Shown piece by piece: positions 54,927 through 64,000 of a DNA stretch of 64,000 nucleotides. A program made the translations under genes and the position numbers. The stretch spans positions 1,061 to 65,060 of the forward strand of contig CANQBZ010000005.1 in assembly GCA_947589295.1 (NCBI GenBank), given 5' to 3'. Origin of the DNA: an uncultured Akkermansia sp. (GTDB taxonomy: Bacteria > Verrucomicrobiota > Verrucomicrobiia > Verrucomicrobiales > Akkermansiaceae). The notes under the pieces are model-generated. The model saw only the letters and a list, made by a program, of their open reading frames with translations. It was not told where the DNA came from and made no database searches. The first letter of the stretch is position 1. Each line of letters starts with the position of its first letter.

Positions 54927-55598
54927 TTACACACCTAGCACAGTGCGTGAGTCAATTTCCCGCTGCCCACAGATTAATTCGGCGCGCACCGGCAAACCTG
55001 TATATTGCTCAATGAGTCGACGGTTGCTCACGCAGGCCGCACTCCACTGCTCGCTCTGCTGGTTGAGGACAATAGCACGGCATTCCAACCCACGCGCAAG
55101 GATCGCCCGAGCCGTGAGAATCGCATGATTCACCGCCCCCAACTTGTTGCCCACCACCAGTATCACCGGTAGCCCAAACGCTACTGCCAAATCCGCCATT
55201 GTGAGTTGGGGCGCCGCCAAGGGAGCCTCCCAGCCCCCGGCTCCTTCCACCAAAATGGGATCATACCCGACAGACGCCAGCGCGTGCAGCCCCTCTACCA
55301 TGTTTCCTATACTCAGGTTGCGTTGTTCCAGCTCACCAGCCATGCGCGGAGCCGTTGCAGCGCGGAGGTAGATTGGATTGATGAGCTCCAAACTCAGGGC
55401 AGTTTCCCCGGAAGCCTCACGCATGGCTCGCGCATCGGATCTGTCTCCACAAGCTACCGGCTTGTAACCAACCGCACGCAGACCTCGCCCACGCATGTCG
55501 CGCAGCAGGGCGCACGTCACGTAGGTCTTGCCTATTTCAGTGTCGGTGCCGGTAATGAAAAAACCTGTCATTAACTCGCTGCGTTGGGTCCTACTCAC
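54927..55598 (-). CDS. bioD: dethiobiotin synthase
   Basis: GFFITGTDTEIGKTYVTCALL...VEGAGGW. ATG 55571 is an alternative start. Confidence 0.85.
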   Translation of the reverse strand: MSRTQRSELMTGFFITGTDTEIGKTYVTCALLRDMRGRGLRAVGYKPVACGDRSDARAMREASGETALSLELINPIYLRAATAPRMAGELEQRNLSIGNMVEGLHALASVGYDPILVEGAGGWEAPLAAPQLTMADLAVAFGLPVILVVGNKLGAVNHAILTARAILARGLECRAIVLNQQSEQWSAACVSNRRLIEQYTGLPVRAELICGQREIDSRTVLGV

Positions 55599-55855
55599 GG
55601 CCGAGTTGTTTCATCGCCTGCTGTGTTCACCTCTGGCGACTGGTAACTGCGCACCTGCGTATCCTCTGGTGCTGCCTCGCGCGCGTCACTCTCCCATCCT
55701 GCCTCACGTGATGTGGTGGACACATACACGACTCCCCACACCGTGACTGCCAGCAGCAAACACAGATACTTGGGCACCCAATTATTCGTCAGCATTTCCC
55801 TCAGCTTCGTGGTCCACACTGTCGGCTGGGCCGTTTGTCGTTTCTTGTTGCTCAT
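55595..55855 (-). CDS. small single-pass membrane protein
   Basis: Contains the TM segment KYLCLLLAVTVWGVVYV. It overlaps the cdaA 3' end by 74 nt, or 14 nt from the internal ATG at 55795, and overlaps the bioD start by 4 nt. Confidence 0.35.
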   Translation of the reverse strand: MSNKKRQTAQPTVWTTKLREMLTNNWVPKYLCLLLAVTVWGVVYVSTTSREAGWESDAREAAPEDTQVRSYQSPEVNTAGDETTRP

Positions 55856-56639
55856 GGTAGTTGAGTAATTCTTCTAAGCGTTTTTGAAGCAAATCGATGC
55901 TCAAATCGCGCTGCAGTTCCGGCCCGGCATTGCTGCCCTGGGAACCACCAACTGCCAGCGAAATTCCGCCAGTTTCTTCCGACACAATAATAACCACCGC
56001 ATCCGACTCCTCCGCAATGCCAATTCCCGCCTTGTGACGCAGCCCAAGCGACCTGTCCTTCAACTCTCGCACGGACACAGGCAGAATCACTCCGGCTGCA
56101 AGTACCCTCTCATTGTCGATAATCACTGCACCGTCATGGAGTGGATTGCCCTGTCCCTGCTTGTTTACATAAAAAATACTTTCCACAAGTTCAGCGCTGA
56201 AAGATGCATCCAACGCCACACCGTTTGCCACTTGAGCAGAGAGCTTATCTTCGCGGCAAATGACAATGAGCGCCCCGAAGCGCCGATTTGTCAGGTAACT
56301 CACCGAATCGCACAGCTTTTCAATGAAATCGCTCTTTTTGGTGTTGTGGTGCAGCAGTCTGCTCAAACTTCCGCGTCCTATGCGCGCCAAGGCCGTTCGT
56401 ATCTCATTCTGGAACAGGATGGCCAATATGGTCCCGATGGGTACCAACGCACCGCCTATGACCTCCAGCTCGGTAGCATCTATGATCTTAATGAAAGCAA
56501 AGGCCAATAAACTCAAAATCACCAATCCGCCCAGTATCATAGCCGCCCTCTCTCGGTGAAACAGACGGTAAAGCTGGTAAAATATCACCCACATCACGGT
56601 GATCTCAAACACATACTTCACGATCTGTCCCACTTCCAT
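55782..56639 (-). CDS. cdaA: diadenylate cyclase (c-di-AMP synthase, CdaA type)
   Basis: Three N-terminal TM helices, then a DAC domain: RFGALIVICRED...PLHDGAVII...GLRHKAGIGIAEESDAVVIIVSEETGGISLA. Confidence 0.85.
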   Translation of the reverse strand: MEVGQIVKYVFEITVMWVIFYQLYRLFHRERAAMILGGLVILSLLAFAFIKIIDATELEVIGGALVPIGTILAILFQNEIRTALARIGRGSLSRLLHHNTKKSDFIEKLCDSVSYLTNRRFGALIVICREDKLSAQVANGVALDASFSAELVESIFYVNKQGQGNPLHDGAVIIDNERVLAAGVILPVSVRELKDRSLGLRHKAGIGIAEESDAVVIIVSEETGGISLAVGGSQGSNAGPELQRDLSIDLLQKRLEELLNYHEQQETTNGPADSVDHEAEGNADE

Positions 56640-56678
56640 ACTCGCCTCATCTTACCATGCTTTACCCCCATGGCAAGC

Positions 56679-57257
56679 CTATTTTTGCGGCCCGCCACAT
56701 ATCCTACGCGCCATCTTTTCTACAGCAGACGGCAGCCACCCGGCAGGCACAAGCAAATGCCGCTTCAAACGATCTCTCAGCTCCGTAGCCGACACCCCAT
56801 ACATAGGTCCATTCAAAAAAACAGCGTTCACACCGGGACGTTGCTGAAGCTCTTCTCCTCGGTGGTACACTATAAAGCGGAGGTGATCAATCAAGTAGTC
56901 CAGTCTTGCCCATCGATGTAGCTGCTCCCATTCATCTGAGCCAAGCAGCCAATACAGCTCATCGTCGGGATGCTGCGCCAGCCAAGCTTCCACAACACGC
57001 CAACTCCAGCTCGGCGGCGCCATGTGCAGATCCAGCTCAGACACCTCCGCCTGCGGCCAATCGGACAATGCCACGCGCAGCATATCCACACGCTGCTGCG
57101 GCGTGAAAAGCGTCTGCACCCCCGTCTTGAAGGGCGATTGAGCTGCTGGGAGAAAGATGACGCGCCCCAGCGCCAACTGCTCCACCGCCGCGTGCGCAAT
57201 GGCCAAATGCCCGGTATGAACCGGGTCAAATGTCCCACCAAACAGGCACGTCCTCAT
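56679..57257 (-). CDS. nadD: nicotinate-nucleotide adenylyltransferase
   Basis: From ATG 57257: MRTCLFGGTFDPVHTGHLAIA. The start overlaps the stop of the M23 gene. Confidence 0.85.
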   Translation of the reverse strand: MRTCLFGGTFDPVHTGHLAIAHAAVEQLALGRVIFLPAAQSPFKTGVQTLFTPQQRVDMLRVALSDWPQAEVSELDLHMAPPSWSWRVVEAWLAQHPDDELYWLLGSDEWEQLHRWARLDYLIDHLRFIVYHRGEELQQRPGVNAVFLNGPMYGVSATELRDRLKRHLLVPAGWLPSAVEKMARRICGGPQK

Positions 57258-57937
57258 CACAACCCCTCCGTATCCTTGTACGGGAGAAAACAACCTATGG
57301 GCAAGCGGACTTCCTTCCCCTCCGGCCTCAGGTGCCGATAATGCTCAATAAAGCGAGTCAGGTGCCCATAGTTGCGCGATGTTTTAGGTATGCCCTGCTG
57401 CCCGCAGTTCACCAGCACATTGAAGTGCAATTCTGTGTGCAAATGCGCCGGATACATCCCTCGATTCGTTCCGATCGTACCTATCTGATCCCCGCGTCGC
57501 ACAATCTGTCCCAGCTTGACATCAATGCGGTCCAAGTGCCCGTACAGCGTCTGGCAGCACAGCACCTTGCCCGTATGAGGCTCACGAAATGCGTGGCGCA
57601 CGATCACCACCTTCCCCCAGCGCCCGCGCGCATCGGCAGCATAGGTCACCAGTCCAGTGCCCACTGTGTAAACCGGATCCCCCTTATCCGAATTTCCTCC
57701 ACCGTTGCCATTCCAATCTTCACCCATGTGGCGAGGGATTTGCAAACGTACCCCACGTGACTTGTAATACCCCTCCCCGTTCGGTTTACCAACCGGGTAA
57801 TCAAAACCATCCGCTAACGGCACCATGGCCCATTTTCCATCCGTGGAAATACGCGCCATTGTCGTCCCCCGAGCAGTCCCGATCACCCCTGACCAGAAGA
57901 CTAGCATGAGCAGCATGATTTGATGGTACTTGCACAT
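57257..57937 (-). CDS. M23-family (LytM-type) peptidoglycan endopeptidase
   Basis: From ATG 57937: signal MCKYHQIMLLMLVFWSGVIGTARG, then YGHLDRIDVKLGQIVRRGDQIGTIG...AHLHTELH. Confidence 0.8.
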   Translation of the reverse strand: MCKYHQIMLLMLVFWSGVIGTARGTTMARISTDGKWAMVPLADGFDYPVGKPNGEGYYKSRGVRLQIPRHMGEDWNGNGGGNSDKGDPVYTVGTGLVTYAADARGRWGKVVIVRHAFREPHTGKVLCCQTLYGHLDRIDVKLGQIVRRGDQIGTIGTNRGMYPAHLHTELHFNVLVNCGQQGIPKTSRNYGHLTRFIEHYRHLRPEGKEVRLPIGCFLPYKDTEGL

Positions 57938-58087
57938 CTCAGGCGCTATTTTACCAAAAATTGCTCCCCCTAGCAAGCACAGAAAGGGTGTACGTCTAAG
58001 CTTCTGGAAGATAAAATGGATTTTGCCATTTCGGAATTGTCCGCAAGGCTTGAAAAACTGGCCAAGGTATGATAAACTACTCGTGCA

Positions 58088-60682
58088 GTGGCGTTGGATG
58101 ATGAATATTTGCACCGCCGCGCTATGGCTGAGGGGCAGCGAGTGAGGACAGGAACGCGGAGAGGAGGCTCGAAACGCCCCGGCGGATGGCGCAGGGCATT
58201 GTGGCGCCTGCTTCTCATGGGGCTGGTGTTGCTGCTGCTTTGCGCCGGTTTAAGTTACGGTGTGTTTGTGATGGTTACGTCCAAATACAGTCGCTGGGCG
58301 GATGAATTCAACCTGGAAGATGTTAACAACTTGGATCATCCGTGCATCATCTACGATTGCAAGGGCCGAGAAATAGGACGTATTTTTGATGAAAATCGCA
58401 GCTATGTACCCATCAAGGACATCTCGCGCAGCATGCTGGACGCCTTAGTGGCACAAGAAGACAAAACCTTCTGGACTCACAAGGGGTATGACCCCATGGG
58501 CATTTTACGTGCACTCAAAGAGGCCGTCTTCTCGCACGGACGCGCTAACCAAGGGGCCTCCACCATCACCCAACAGCTAGCGCGCAATGCCTATGATTTA
58601 GAGCGCCGTACTCTTGTGCGGGGCGGTACTCGCTACGAGCGTAAAGTTGTAGAAATTTTTCTGGCCCAGCGACTGGAGAGGCGCTATGACAAAAAACAGA
58701 TTATCGAATTCTACCTAAACCGCATCTATTTTGGCCGCGGTTACTATGGGATTCGCGCTGCTGCACTTGGCTATTTTGGTAAGGAGCCACGCGACCTCAC
58801 TGTACGCGAGTCTGCCAGCTTGGCAGCCCTCATAAAAAACCCGGAAAACTATAACCCCATCCGCAATCCCGAGCTCAACTTGCGTTGGCGTAATGATGTC
58901 ATTGATCGCATGCAAAGGTCCGGCTATCTGAGCCTCAAAGAGGCTGACCGCGTCAAAAAACAATCTCTCGGCGTGAATCCCAACCCATTACGCCGTCATA
59001 CTTCCTTTCTGCATGCCCTTGTACAACAACAGGCTATTAGTCTCTACGATGACCCGGAAAGAGGAGAAGAAATCGTCAAGAGCGCTGGCATCCGCATCCA
59101 TACTACAATTGATGCCGACCTTCAGCGTGCTGCCGAGCAAGCATTGCAGCGCCAGCTACTCGCTATTGAACAACGCCCCGATTATAATCACATCCGCCAT
59201 ATCGACCAGCGTGACCCACACAACGACCGCCATCGCTATTTGGATGGCGCAGTGTATGCTGTGGATAATAAAACCGGCGCTACCCTCGTCTATGTTGCCG
59301 GCCGCGACTTTGAGCGCGATAACTTCGACATCATTGAGAACGGGAAACGCCCCATGGGTACAGCTTTACTTCCCTTCCTCTATATGTGCGCCTTTGATAA
59401 TGGCTATACTCCTTGCTCGCGGTTGGTGGACGATGCCATGGATAACCGCTTGGCCGGCATCGGCGGGTCAGAGGGTATTTTGGGAGAATGGGGGATGGAG
59501 GTAGCGAAAGGTCGCTACATGGACACAGTGACAGCGCGTCAAGCATTGGAATGGTCTAAAATTGCTGCATCGGCCCGCTTGGGCATGGCGCTGAGTTCAC
59601 GCACCAACAAAGCAGCTCGACCCTTTATTAACACCTTGACCAAGGCTGGTATCACCCCACCCCCACGTAACCCTGACAGCACGGAAGCTCACCCCACCTA
59701 CTACCCACGCGTTTATCTGGGTACAGAGCCGGTTTCGCTCAAAGAAATGGTGCTTGCCTACACGATTTTTCCCAACTGTGGGAAACGCCCCATCACTCCC
59801 TATGTCATCGCCAAAGTAACGGATAGCAAGGGGACGATCCTTTGGGAAAACCCTCTGCATATTTCCGCTCGTATGCATAGCAGCACCTCCCCTTGCACGG
59901 CATTTCGCCTGCACTCCATCATGCAAGCTTCCCTTAAGGAGGGTTCTGCCACACGCATTCTTCCCTACCTGCCTGCCCAATTCAACGGTGCAGTGAAAAG
60001 TGGCACCAACTACGACTTTGCGGATGCCTCCATCTTTGGCTACACATCATCGCTTACCTGTGGTGTGTGGATCGGCTACCTGAATGACCGCCAAGCCATG
60101 TACCAAGAGGCGTTTGCGTCCGATGTGTGCGGTCCAGTGCTTGGCGAGGTGCTACGTGCAGCGGTTGGACAATACGAAGATCGACCTCTTTTCCCTCCCC
60201 CAGATGTAGAAACTGTGGAAATATGCAAACACAGCGGGCAGGTGGCCACCAATTTCTGCTATGAATCAGTGACCGCCAATGGCAAGCCTAGCTACACGCG
60301 TCCTACTTATGTGGAATATTTCCCAAAAGGGGACGTTACACTGAGCTCCTGCAGTGTGCATGGAGATGGCAGCCCTTCCCTGCGTGATTTGCTTGATAAC
60401 CGAGGGCAGAATGTCTTTTCCCGCGTTCTGCCGATCGCTCCTGTGCTTCCGCAGGGACTTGCCCTCATCGGGCAAGACCCCTATGGCTGCTCTCTCGCCC
60501 TCAATCCGAAGTACCGTGGTATGCAGGCAGAGGAAGCCGCTGCCCCTGTGGCGGAAGAGCAGGATGCCTTACCGGCTGATGAAACGTCCGACTCCGCGGA
60601 GCGCACCCAGATCAACACTGACATTGAGTTGCGCATGCCACTACCGCTGCGCTACCTACCTACAATGCCCCTACAACTTTGA
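58088..60682 (+). CDS. class A penicillin-binding protein: intact GT51 glycosyltransferase, transpeptidase domain with a degenerate active site
   Basis: GT51 motifs QEDKTFWTHKGYD, GASTITQQL and RKVVEIFLA are present. In the TP domain, the SxxK position reads TALL (59360-59371), SxN reads SKI (59555-59563) and KTG reads KSG (59996-60004). The start is GTG 58088 or ATG 58124. Confidence 0.85.
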   Translation: MALDDEYLHRRAMAEGQRVRTGTRRGGSKRPGGWRRALWRLLLMGLVLLLLCAGLSYGVFVMVTSKYSRWADEFNLEDVNNLDHPCIIYDCKGREIGRIFDENRSYVPIKDISRSMLDALVAQEDKTFWTHKGYDPMGILRALKEAVFSHGRANQGASTITQQLARNAYDLERRTLVRGGTRYERKVVEIFLAQRLERRYDKKQIIEFYLNRIYFGRGYYGIRAAALGYFGKEPRDLTVRESASLAALIKNPENYNPIRNPELNLRWRNDVIDRMQRSGYLSLKEADRVKKQSLGVNPNPLRRHTSFLHALVQQQAISLYDDPERGEEIVKSAGIRIHTTIDADLQRAAEQALQRQLLAIEQRPDYNHIRHIDQRDPHNDRHRYLDGAVYAVDNKTGATLVYVAGRDFERDNFDIIENGKRPMGTALLPFLYMCAFDNGYTPCSRLVDDAMDNRLAGIGGSEGILGEWGMEVAKGRYMDTVTARQALEWSKIAASARLGMALSSRTNKAARPFINTLTKAGITPPPRNPDSTEAHPTYYPRVYLGTEPVSLKEMVLAYTIFPNCGKRPITPYVIAKVTDSKGTILWENPLHISARMHSSTSPCTAFRLHSIMQASLKEGSATRILPYLPAQFNGAVKSGTNYDFADASIFGYTSSLTCGVWIGYLNDRQAMYQEAFASDVCGPVLGEVLRAAVGQYEDRPLFPPPDVETVEICKHSGQVATNFCYESVTANGKPSYTRPTYVEYFPKGDVTLSSCSVHGDGSPSLRDLLDNRGQNVFSRVLPIAPVLPQGLALIGQDPYGCSLALNPKYRGMQAEEAAAPVAEEQDALPADETSDSAERTQINTDIELRMPLPLRYLPTMPLQL

Positions 60683-60696
60683 ACCGACAACTCACT

Positions 60697-62109
60697 ATGG
60701 CCACCGAATTTCAAACACTAGCCGCCACCCAGGAAAAGGCTTTCTTCATCAATATGGATGATTCCTTCTACGGCACCTTCGCCGAAATAGGAGCTGGTCA
60801 GGAAACTGCCAACTGGTTCTTCCGCTCTTCCGGGGCTGCAGGTACCGTGGCTAAGACAATCTCTGCCTACGATATGACGGTAAGCGACACACTTTACGGA
60901 TCCGTACGCCGCTACGTGTCTGAGGAGCGATTGAAGCAAATGATGGATTACGAATTCGACCAGCTTATTGACCGCTTAGGCGAAAAACGCGGCTCCAGCA
61001 CTTGCTTTTTCTCCTTTTGCAACACAGCCAAATGTAAAGGCTACAAAGACAACGGCCCTTGGGCCGCTTGGATTGGAGTACGTTTTCAGCTCAAGCCCGG
61101 TGCGCCGCCCAGCGACCTTGTCATGCATGTGCGACTCATTGTATCCGACCAAGAGATGCAGAAACGCGTGTTGGGTATCTTGGGCGTGAACCTGCTCTAT
61201 GCTCTGTTTTACAAACGTGACCGCATGGAGGAGTTTGTGCGCTGTGTGGGAGAAAATCTTGACCGTAGCCTCTACGAAGTGGATTTCATGCGTTTTTCCG
61301 GTAACGGATTTAGCATGTTTGATAACCGCATTCTGGCTTTGCAACTCGTGCGTAGCGGACTTTCAGAGGCAACTTTGTTCCGTCCGGAGGATAACTCGGT
61401 GCAGCAACCAAGCGATTTTTTGTATAAACGCCCTATTGTGCTGATGCGCGGCAGCTTCATGCCGCTGTGCAATATCCACCTGGAGATGATGAATAGCGTT
61501 CGTGCCAAGTTTTGTGCCGGGCTCACTCCCGAGCAGCAAGAACGTGAGATCGATATCTGTGAAATCTCCCTCTCTAATCTTCTGCGAGGGGAAGAAGTTG
61601 ATCTTCTAGATTTCCTTGACCGTATTGATGCCCTTGCTGCACTGGGGAAAACTGTGATGGTAACCAACATCACCCATTTTCACCGCATTTCTACCTTGCT
61701 CAATCAGTACACGAAAGAACCCGTTGCCATTGCGCTTTCAATCGGCCTGCTGCACGAGCTTTTCAAGGAAAAATGGGCCGCGGATATGCCAGGCGGTATT
61801 CTTGGCAGCATGGCTCACATCTTTTTAAGCCAAACGAAATGTTACGTGACCCCCTGGATTAACCGCACCAGCGGCGAATTTGTCACCGCCGGCACCTACC
61901 GCCCACCCGAGAAATACCGCTTCCTGTACATGCACCTCATGCAGAATGCCAGCATCGTGGAGGTCCCCTATTTCAACCAAAAATTGCTCACCCGCACCCC
62001 GCGCGACATCGTCCGCATGATTAACGAAGGTGATGAGCAATGGAAGGAATACGTGCCCGAACAGGCCCACCGTATGGCTGAACACCTGAAAGGAGGCCAT
62101 GCCTCATGA
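60697..62109 (+). CDS. conserved-looking hypothetical protein (~470 aa, no domain recognised)
   Basis: Clean ORF with ATG 15 nt after the PBP stop. Its stop overlaps the sufS ATG (ATGA at 62106-62109). Notable segments are FAEIGAGQETANWFF and TCFFSFCNTAKCKGY. Confidence 0.65.
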   Translation: MATEFQTLAATQEKAFFINMDDSFYGTFAEIGAGQETANWFFRSSGAAGTVAKTISAYDMTVSDTLYGSVRRYVSEERLKQMMDYEFDQLIDRLGEKRGSSTCFFSFCNTAKCKGYKDNGPWAAWIGVRFQLKPGAPPSDLVMHVRLIVSDQEMQKRVLGILGVNLLYALFYKRDRMEEFVRCVGENLDRSLYEVDFMRFSGNGFSMFDNRILALQLVRSGLSEATLFRPEDNSVQQPSDFLYKRPIVLMRGSFMPLCNIHLEMMNSVRAKFCAGLTPEQQEREIDICEISLSNLLRGEEVDLLDFLDRIDALAALGKTVMVTNITHFHRISTLLNQYTKEPVAIALSIGLLHELFKEKWAADMPGGILGSMAHIFLSQTKCYVTPWINRTSGEFVTAGTYRPPEKYRFLYMHLMQNASIVEVPYFNQKLLTRTPRDIVRMINEGDEQWKEYVPEQAHRMAEHLKGGHAS

Positions 62110-63305
62110 ATGCGCGAGCTGACTTCCCTTTCTTTGCCGTGACCGATGCTCCGGTGTACCTCGACAACGCCGCTACCACCCAAAAGCCTGCTTGCGTGCT
62201 GGATGCCCTGCACCGCTTCTATACGACCATAAATTCCAATGTACACCGTGGCGCCCACCGCCTGAGCCGAGCCGCTACGGAAGCCCATGAAGCTGCCCGC
62301 GGCGCCGTAGCTGATTTCCTGAACGCCTCCTCGCCACGAGAAGTTCTTTTCACCTCCGGCTGCACGGAGGGTATTAACCTGGTGGCGCAGACACTCGCTC
62401 GCGCCAGACGGGTCCGAGCCGGAGATGAGGTGCTGGTTTCCACTGATGCGCACCATTCCAACATTGTCCCTTGGCAAATGCTCTGCGAGCGCGTGGGAGC
62501 CAAGGTTCTCCCCATTCCGCTCACTCCAGAGCTGCAGTTCGATATGTCTGCCTACCTCAGTATGCTCAGTGAGCGCACGTGTGTTGTGGCTGTACCTGTG
62601 ATATCCAACGCTTTGGGACTTCGCCTGCCTGTGGAAGAAATCACGCGAGCCGCCCATGATGTGGGCGCTCTTGTGCTTATCGATGGGGCTCAGAGTATCG
62701 CACACGAGGCGGTGAATGTCCGGCAACTCGGCTGCGATTTCTTTGCTTTCTCCGGTCACAAAGTATACGCCCCCACCGGCACGGGCGCCCTGTGGGGACG
62801 GGAAGACCTGCTGGAGGCTCTGCCTCCATGGAAAGGCGGTGGTGAAATGATCAGTCAGGTCACCTTTGAACGCACCACCTACAACCACCTCCCCTTCAAG
62901 TACGAAGCTGGTACGCCCAATATCTGCGGCAATATCATGCTGGTGGAGGCGCTCAAGTACGTGCAATGCCTCGGTCTGCCAGCCATTCATGCACACGAGA
63001 CAGCTTTGATGCGCGAGCTCTGCGAGGGTTTGCAGCAGCTCCCCGGGGTACAGTTGCTTGGCGACTCGCCCACGCGAGGTTCGCTCGTCTCCATCCATGT
63101 ACCTGGCGTACATCCGTACGATTTGGGTACCCTTCTGGACCAAATGAATATTGCCGTGCGCACTGGGCACCACTGCTGTCAACCGCTCATGCAGCACCTC
63201 GGCATCACCGGCACCACACGCTTTTCTGTGGCCCTTTACAATCAATCAGACGACATTCAACGTGCACTCACGGCCACCCGGAGAGCTCTTTCCATGCTCC
63301 GTTGA
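62106..63305 (+). CDS. sufS: cysteine desulfurase (SufS/CsdA class)
   Basis: VYLDNAATTQKP...NSNVHRGAHRLS...FSGHKVYAPTGTGAL...RTGHHCCQP. Confidence 0.9.
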   Translation: MNARADFPFFAVTDAPVYLDNAATTQKPACVLDALHRFYTTINSNVHRGAHRLSRAATEAHEAARGAVADFLNASSPREVLFTSGCTEGINLVAQTLARARRVRAGDEVLVSTDAHHSNIVPWQMLCERVGAKVLPIPLTPELQFDMSAYLSMLSERTCVVAVPVISNALGLRLPVEEITRAAHDVGALVLIDGAQSIAHEAVNVRQLGCDFFAFSGHKVYAPTGTGALWGREDLLEALPPWKGGGEMISQVTFERTTYNHLPFKYEAGTPNICGNIMLVEALKYVQCLGLPAIHAHETALMRELCEGLQQLPGVQLLGDSPTRGSLVSIHVPGVHPYDLGTLLDQMNIAVRTGHHCCQPLMQHLGITGTTRFSVALYNQSDDIQRALTATRRALSMLR

Positions 63306-63376
63306 CTAAAATAATACATCGCGCGCGGGATTTCTTCCTTTACAATGGCAGCGTAATTTGCTAGAAATAGCATGTT

Positions 63377-64000
63377 ATGGATTTGGAACAACGCAGCATC
63401 AGTGTCGATTCCCTTTTGCCCCATTACGAACGCTATTTTGGCCATAGGCCCGCCATCATTGCCGCTGCTCCCGGTCGCGTCAATCTCATAGGCGAGCATA
63501 CCGACTACAACAACGGCTTCGTGCTTCCCATGGCTCTGGAAATGATCAATGCTGTCTCTGTGGCTCCTTCTCCTACGGGCAAGCATAGATGGGTAGGCTC
63601 CTTGGGCGATTCCATCATCGAACTCAGCCCCGAAGAAGCCTCACGACCCGGCGACCCATTTTGGAGCAACTACGTGCGCGGGGTCGTTTGCATGCTTGAG
63701 CGACGCGGGGTGAAGGTGCCGCCGGTAGATATGCTGGTAGATTCCAATGTGCCACGTGGCGGCGGACTTTCCTCTTCCGCAGCTTTTGAAGTGTCGGTTT
63801 GCACAGCTCTCGCGGCTCTCTGTGGGGCGGATGTGCCGCCAACGGAGAGTGCGCTCATCGGGCAGCAAACGGAGCATGAATTCGTGCACGTTCCCTGCGG
63901 CATCATGGATCAATTCATCTCGGCCAATGGGAAAAAAGACCATGCTCTCATGCTGGATTGCAAAGACCTAAGCTACCGCTACATCCCCATGACCGACCCC
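63377..64000 (+). CDS. galK: galactokinase, N-terminal ~208 codons; continues past the right edge
   Basis: Absent from the track because it is open at the edge. Hand translation gives MDLEQRS...AAAPGRVNLIGEHTDYNNGFVLPMA...VPRGGGLSSSAAFEV.... Confidence 0.85.
   Translation, partial: MDLEQRSISVDSLLPHYERYFGHRPAIIAAAPGRVNLIGEHTDYNNGFVLPMALEMINAVSVAPSPTGKHRWVGSLGDSIIELSPEEASRPGDPFWSNYVRGVVCMLERRGVKVPPVDMLVDSNVPRGGGLSSSAAFEVSVCTALAALCGADVPPTESALIGQQTEHEFVHVPCGIMDQFISANGKKDHALMLDCKDLSYRYIPMTDP

Noticed and set aside
61968-63245. 425-aa minus-strand ORF
   Set aside because: It lies entirely antisense to the clearly identifiable cysteine desulfurase (sufS) gene. Long antisense ORFs are expected in GC-rich coding DNA.

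Overview
This is a gene-dense 64-kb chromosomal window with about 65 protein genes on both strands. I found no rRNA, tRNA, CRISPR array, transposase or integrase by eye. Most of it is housekeeping:
- Galactose: galM (left edge), galK (right edge).
- LPS: waaA, lpxA.
- Ribosome: rplY, rpmG, rpsR, rpmI, rplT, rsmD.
- Cofactors and core metabolism: folE2, folC, folP, bioD, birA, lipA, coaC, nadD, nadK, metK, ahcY, ispE, argB, sufS, glyQS.
- Respiration: nuoB, nuoC, an octaheme cytochrome c.
- Signalling: cdaA.

The window is unusually rich in peptidoglycan-remodelling genes. These are a class A PBP, two tandem Amidase_3 paralogues, an M23 peptidase, an OatA-type O-acetyltransferase and an ankyrin-repeat/L,D-transpeptidase fusion.

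Gene content gives me the impression of a PVC-type (Verrucomicrobia-like) genome: a KAAP-repeat histone-H1-like protein, few Shine-Dalgarno sites, and multiheme/TPR proteins. That is an impression, not a search result.

Most interesting, all hypotheses from reading the sequence:
1. A same-strand gene string at 18.8-24.2 kb resembles a zinc-sparing (Zur-type) locus. It runs H1-like protein, DksA-like protein with a broken zinc finger, Cys-poor L33, S18, FolE2, then an ~860-aa Cys-rich orphan.
2. An A9 run at 19199-19207 separates the H1-like ORF from a 104-codon region that has no stop and no start codon and is in frame with the DksA-like ORF. One extra A would fuse everything into one protein.
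3. The O-acetyltransferase gene is flanked by a repeated element with a covarying palindrome and has a C9/G9 tract just upstream of its start.
4. The class A PBP has intact glycosyltransferase motifs, but its transpeptidase SxxK reads TALL.
5. A 1040-aa secreted ankyrin-repeat protein ends in a YkuD L,D-transpeptidase domain.

All coordinates, translations and motif calls were made by hand. No database search, GC calculation or RNA folding was run.
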